Shown here piece by piece: positions 59,601 through 64,000 of a stretch of DNA of 64,000 nt. The first letter of the stretch is position 1. The number at the start of each line of letters is the position of its first letter. The notes under the pieces were generated by a model, which was given only the letters and a program-made list of their open reading frames with translations, ran no database searches and had not been told where the DNA came from. A program made the position numbers and the translations under genes. Source of the DNA: Pavona decussata (Eukaryota); contig CDRNST010000067.1 of NCBI GenBank assembly GCA_977016875.1, positions 2,294,001 through 2,358,000 of the forward strand. The letters run 5' to 3'.

Positions 59601-62600
59601 GGATGATCAAGACTTACTTCAGGGTGTTTTGTGACCCAGTGTCGCAGGACTGTCAGAACTCTCATGGTGGCCATGTGGGTGTTAGAGGACAGCAACTCAC
59701 GTACGGTGTGACCTGCGTTTAACACACAATGTTAGATTTGCAGTGAAACGAACAGTTGGTCTTCTGTTTCAGTGGGGTCTTGCTCCACGTTGTTGGTTAG
59801 CTACTAGGGAACTTCAGACCAGAGTACGAGTACGACTTTCAAATTTCAAATTAGTCGCGTCCCCAGAACTCTCGCCCCTTCCCGTTGTTTACCAGCAGAT
59901 AAGGAGATGCTACAAACAAGATTGGTGTGACAAGCCATTATCTAAACCGCGCAGACTAGGTTTCAAGATTGAAATGTCGTAATTGTAGTCAAATCTGAAA
60001 GTCCCTAATGTGTTTTAGTGTACAGCTCTGTTAAAATCTTTTTCAGTAGCAAGCAGCTTACACAGGTAGCAGTCTCTTATCTTGATAGTCTAGAGCTCTT
60101 TGCACGGTTGGTGCTCGCTTTCTCGACTGTCAAGAAAGTGTCTGTCAGGGGCCTATAGCCAGCACGACAGCAGAAGCAGTTCAGTTGCTTCGCACTTTGA
60201 AACTTGTTCCACGTCATTTGAAAACATTAACTGATTCAATTAAAAGAGTATGTCAGGTTGACTAACAGTAAATTCGTTCCAAGGTTGTTTGTGCATATTC
60301 AAACATTTACATATAAGACGTCACAAGACGAAACAAAGCACAACACCTTGCCTGTTAGTATAATCCTGACACTAGCCCAGGTATTGATATTCATTTATGT
60401 AATATGTAGAGTAGTAGGATCTTTCCACTTACCAAAGCGAAATCGTGTGGGCGAGGTAGCCGCGTATGACGGAGACGCGCCCGCGGTGGCAGCGGCAAAC
60501 GCCGAAGCAGCAGATGATATACTGGACCTGCGCCGAGAGGGTCTTGATGACGTCACAACAACACCCGCACTGACACTGTTGGCAGAGGGTGAGAGAGGGG
60601 AGCGTGGGGAGCTGAGCGGAGACACGGGTGATTTGGGTGGCGGATAAGAACAAGTCTTAGGGGAACTGGGTCGCCGCTGAGATTTCAAACTCGATACTCT
60701 TTCCTCTGCGTCTTTGACGATTTTGTACAGTCTACACGGCGAGCTTGGTCTTCTGTTTGAATGAGTTATTTCAGGGCTTTGAGAGCCACTGTCAGTGATG
60801 ATTCCTAGGCAACTAACAGGAGGAGTGTCCGGACAGCGCTCACGATACCCACTCGGAGATGAACGCCGTCGACGATCCTTCGCTTTCTGGTAAAATACCT
60901 CGTCACCTTGTAAACTCAAATCGTTATCAACCACACCTCGTCTAGTTTTGTCCTCGTGGGTTTGTACTGAAACGAGACCGGACGGCGCTCGGTTTGTTTG
61001 AGCTGTGTCTGAGATGGCGTCGCTTGGTTGCGTCAGTGACCCTGATGAAGTAAATGCACGAGAGCGCTTGCTGCGCTGTTTAGGAGGAGCCTGAAGTTCA
61101 AACTTCAGGTCACCGAAAATGTCCTCATCGGGCGACGATGACAACAGAGAGTTCGTGTCCACACACGCCTTGTTTTTACCAATCCCCACCGACATAAAAT
61201 CAGACGAACTACTCTGGGCTCTAGTGCGAATGTTTCCCCGTGTTAAGAATGGTGAACTATGGTTTCTGATGCTGCCGTGACGAATGGGTGTTGGCGAATC
61301 CTCTTCTGGCGACTGGGGTGCGTCAGTGGTGGACTCTGGAAACTCGAAAGCTGCTGATTCGCCAAGAGCTGAAGGCGACGAGTGCCGCCTGTATGAGTGG
61401 TAGTTACTGGGGCATAGACGGTCAGGAGTACGCGCTGCTGGGACAGCTGACGCTTGATTGTTGTCTGACGGCATCTTTACGTCAGACACAGTAATGGAGA
61501 TAGACTGGGAAGGGGACGGTTGATTCTTTTCACCAAAGAACTTATTACGACCTGTAAAAAAGGTGAATGAACATGAACGATCAAATGACTACATAAAGTT
61601 ACGAGTTCTAGAATCATACGTTTTCTACATCATCACTGTTCTTTTAACAATTTTACATTGCATTTATTCATTCATCTTTTCTTCGACAAAAAATTTCACT
61701 TCGTCAGCTGCTGAAATGGTCACCTTTGATTTTGATTAATTTCACACTATTTAGCGAAGAAATGAAATATAAAAACATATAATCACAGGAAACACACTCC
61801 AAAAAATCATTGTGCAGCTACAAAGGTAGCTGAACTTTCTTGCTAGATGCTGTTTATTTACACACATTTATAGGAAAGGCAACATTGAGCTAAATTCGGA
61901 TGATTCGCTTAAATACTAAACTTTCCAGTAGTAAATTTACGGAGTTTTCAAAACTCCATCTTGCTTCGTGACCGGCAACTGCCCTCAAAGAAAACTGACA
62001 CAACCACTTCCGCACTGAACAAATAACAGTATAAAAATAAACGGGAGACCTCAAACGGTAACTTGAAGAATAGACAAAACAGAGCAAGACGGCCATGTTT
62101 AAACTTGTGATAGTACAGAGCACGGTATTACGATTACTATCCAATTACAATAAGAACATTCTGATCACTCGGTCAAGCCGCCTTCAATCAGAAAGTAACT
62201 ATTCCTCACGATCTTCGTTATTAGTTGACGTTCAACTGCGAGAAAGATCAAACCATCCGTTTTCTTTTCGCGGTCGTAAAGAAAAGCATAAAATTTTTGA
62301 TTCAATGTTTTTTTTGAAAAGATGCGGTATCGCTGAGCGTTTTACAGTAAAATGGCCCTAGCATTGCTTCTGCTTGGCGAAACAAAAAGCCAGTAGAAGT
62401 CAGTAACACCAAAACGCAGACAACTGACTAGGTTCACAAAATGAAGAAAGCAAGGCCGAGAATTGATATCATTGTAGAAACCAAGTTTTGGTTTATTACA
62501 AGATAGTTTGAACTTACAGTATTTCGGCTCTATTACAGGGTCATTGTCATGTGAAAGAGGCGACTTAAATATCATAGGCGTGTTAATATTACATAATATA

Positions 62601-63931
62601 GCTAGAATACTTGGTAATCAGAGGACAAGATCTAATTCTCTAGAGGCTTTAAGTCCTTCGTTAACTAGGTTCACCTGTTGCGAAAAAGGATTGCCTTACT
62701 CAATAGCTCATTTTAAAATGAATTTATCGCCGTTTCATTGATGTTTAGAGCAAAAAAACCGTCAGTAACACCAAAACACAGACAACGAAAAATAATCATC
62801 CAGCAAACTCACAGAGCAAAGCGCAAAGCTGTTTGTTTCCTACCAAGAGATACACGCTGAAGTAAAGGGTGGAAATACGTTACCTGAAGGTAGAAACATC
62901 CAAACTGTCCACGACACGGGAAAAGTTTAAACGAAAATTGTTGTTTCGCAAGGTTAAATACAACAATCATGGTGTACTCGATTAATTAGCTAATTAACCA
63001 CTACTAAGAGTTAATTAGAACGGACACAATTCATTTCATTTTGAGTAATGTAAATGACTTAGCACGTAGATAGCCTTATTGCAGGTTTGCGTTTTTTGAC
63101 GAGCTGCATGTCGTTAATGAGGTTATCAAAAACTGAAACCAACTTTGGACTGAAATGTAATTTTATTCTCCTTCGCTAAAGTTCTTAAGACTAAAAAATA
63201 TAATTATTTTCTACTAATTTATATTCACTTTTCTCTCTAATTGATAATGACGTAAGCAGCTGACATCGAAACTTGTTATCCCGATAATTGGCAAGAGTAC
63301 AAATAACGGGTGTTGTTTATTCGTCGCGGGGAAGTAGCATCAAACGTTGTGATTAGCTAAGGAACAACAGCTATTTCAAATAACGTTGTCGGATTAAAGC
63401 CTCGAGCTTGCGTGACAAAACCGAAAGTTAGTGTGAATAGCTGTAAATCTTTTGTAATTCGGCAGTAATGTCACGGTTATCAGTGCCATAGGATGGGTGA
63501 ATACACCATAAAAGTTTTCCTGTGTGAATTACTTCTTTTAGCTTCTTTAATGGCGTGCCATAGCCGAGTTTGGTCAATTTATTAATAAATTATCCATATC
63601 GCCTCGCGGTTTCGTCGAGGAGGCGTTAATTGAAAAAGTTGCGTCCGGCAAACTGCGTCACTCACTCACCTTTGTTCTTGTCCGGTTGCGGGCTCAGGGA
63701 CTCGGTGGGTAGTGATACTGATCGGACCTTGCGACTCACAGGGGAGAACAGATCTACATACAGGGAATCCTTGGGATTGTTAGAATAGTAAAACTGCAGA
63801 AGTGTATCAAGAAGCGCCGCAGCTGTGGTGAACACTCGGTAGGTGATCAGAAACGTGTTTAAGAAGTCCACACTCAGGAAACGAATATCCAACAGGCGTT
63901 CAAGCAGTCGCTCCAAACTGGCGTGACGGAT
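53660..63931 (-). CDS. RASGRF1: Ras-specific guanine nucleotide-releasing factor (RasGRF1/2 orthologue), 3' half: split REM domain + CDC25 domain
   Basis: Phase-compatible exons 63670-63931, 60433-61551, 59618-59712, 59376-59488, 58840-58906, 58309-58415, 57759-57843, 57049-57246, 56231-56310, 55226-55343, 54634-54702, 53660-53791. Motifs [62 protein letters not shown]...[15 protein letters not shown]. The 5' exons lie beyond the window, and the gene may be co-orthologous to RASGRF1 and RASGRF2. Confidence 0.92.
57364..57453. repeat. Short inverted-repeat element in intron
   Basis: gcctgcaagcaagctct...agagcttgctcgcaggc. Confidence 0.65.
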
Positions 63932-64000
63932 CTGAACGAAACAAACGAAAGAATATAACACTCTTACAAAGTCTGGCAGTGAGGTGACATATTTGAGAAA

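Noticed and set aside
62820-62960. Extra RasGRF exon at donor-like cag|gtaacg (about 62884)
   Set aside because: No convincing acceptor or frame; the flanking exons already join in phase

Overview
Eukaryotic, AT-rich, intron-containing DNA. Gene and repeat content suggest an anthozoan cnidarian, probably a scleractinian coral (inference, not searched). (1) 1-30.0 kb: the 3' part of a + strand gene built from 174-bp phase-1 thrombospondin type-1 (TSP1) exons. Its upstream part has been amplified as a tandem cassette of about 7.9 kb. Each cassette carries one antisense class-A GPCR gene with a single coding exon plus one TSP1 exon, giving 4 GPCR copies and 4 exon copies (one with a TGA), and two cassettes also carry a truncated next exon ending in an early stop. 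(2) 31.6-32.6 kb: an intronless promethin/LDAF1-like gene with a long tail containing an FFAT-like motif. (3) 34.4-37.8 kb: a 3-exon secreted uromodulin/GP2/OIT3 D8C-domain gene that the ORF track does not assemble. Its last exon was duplicated together with a second, unrelated antisense GPCR (2 copies, 39.2 and 48.8 kb). (4) Between those two GPCRs lie a Penelope-type minimal hammerhead ribozyme, a decayed Crypton (DUF3504) element, a full-length decayed RTE LINE with a 13-bp TSD, and a TIR element. (5) 53.7-63.9 kb: the 3' half of a RasGRF1/2 orthologue on the - strand (12 exons mapped by hand). Many MITE-like palindromes, a hAT remnant and a probable Helitron end are also present. All splice models and counts are by eye and unverified by expression data.
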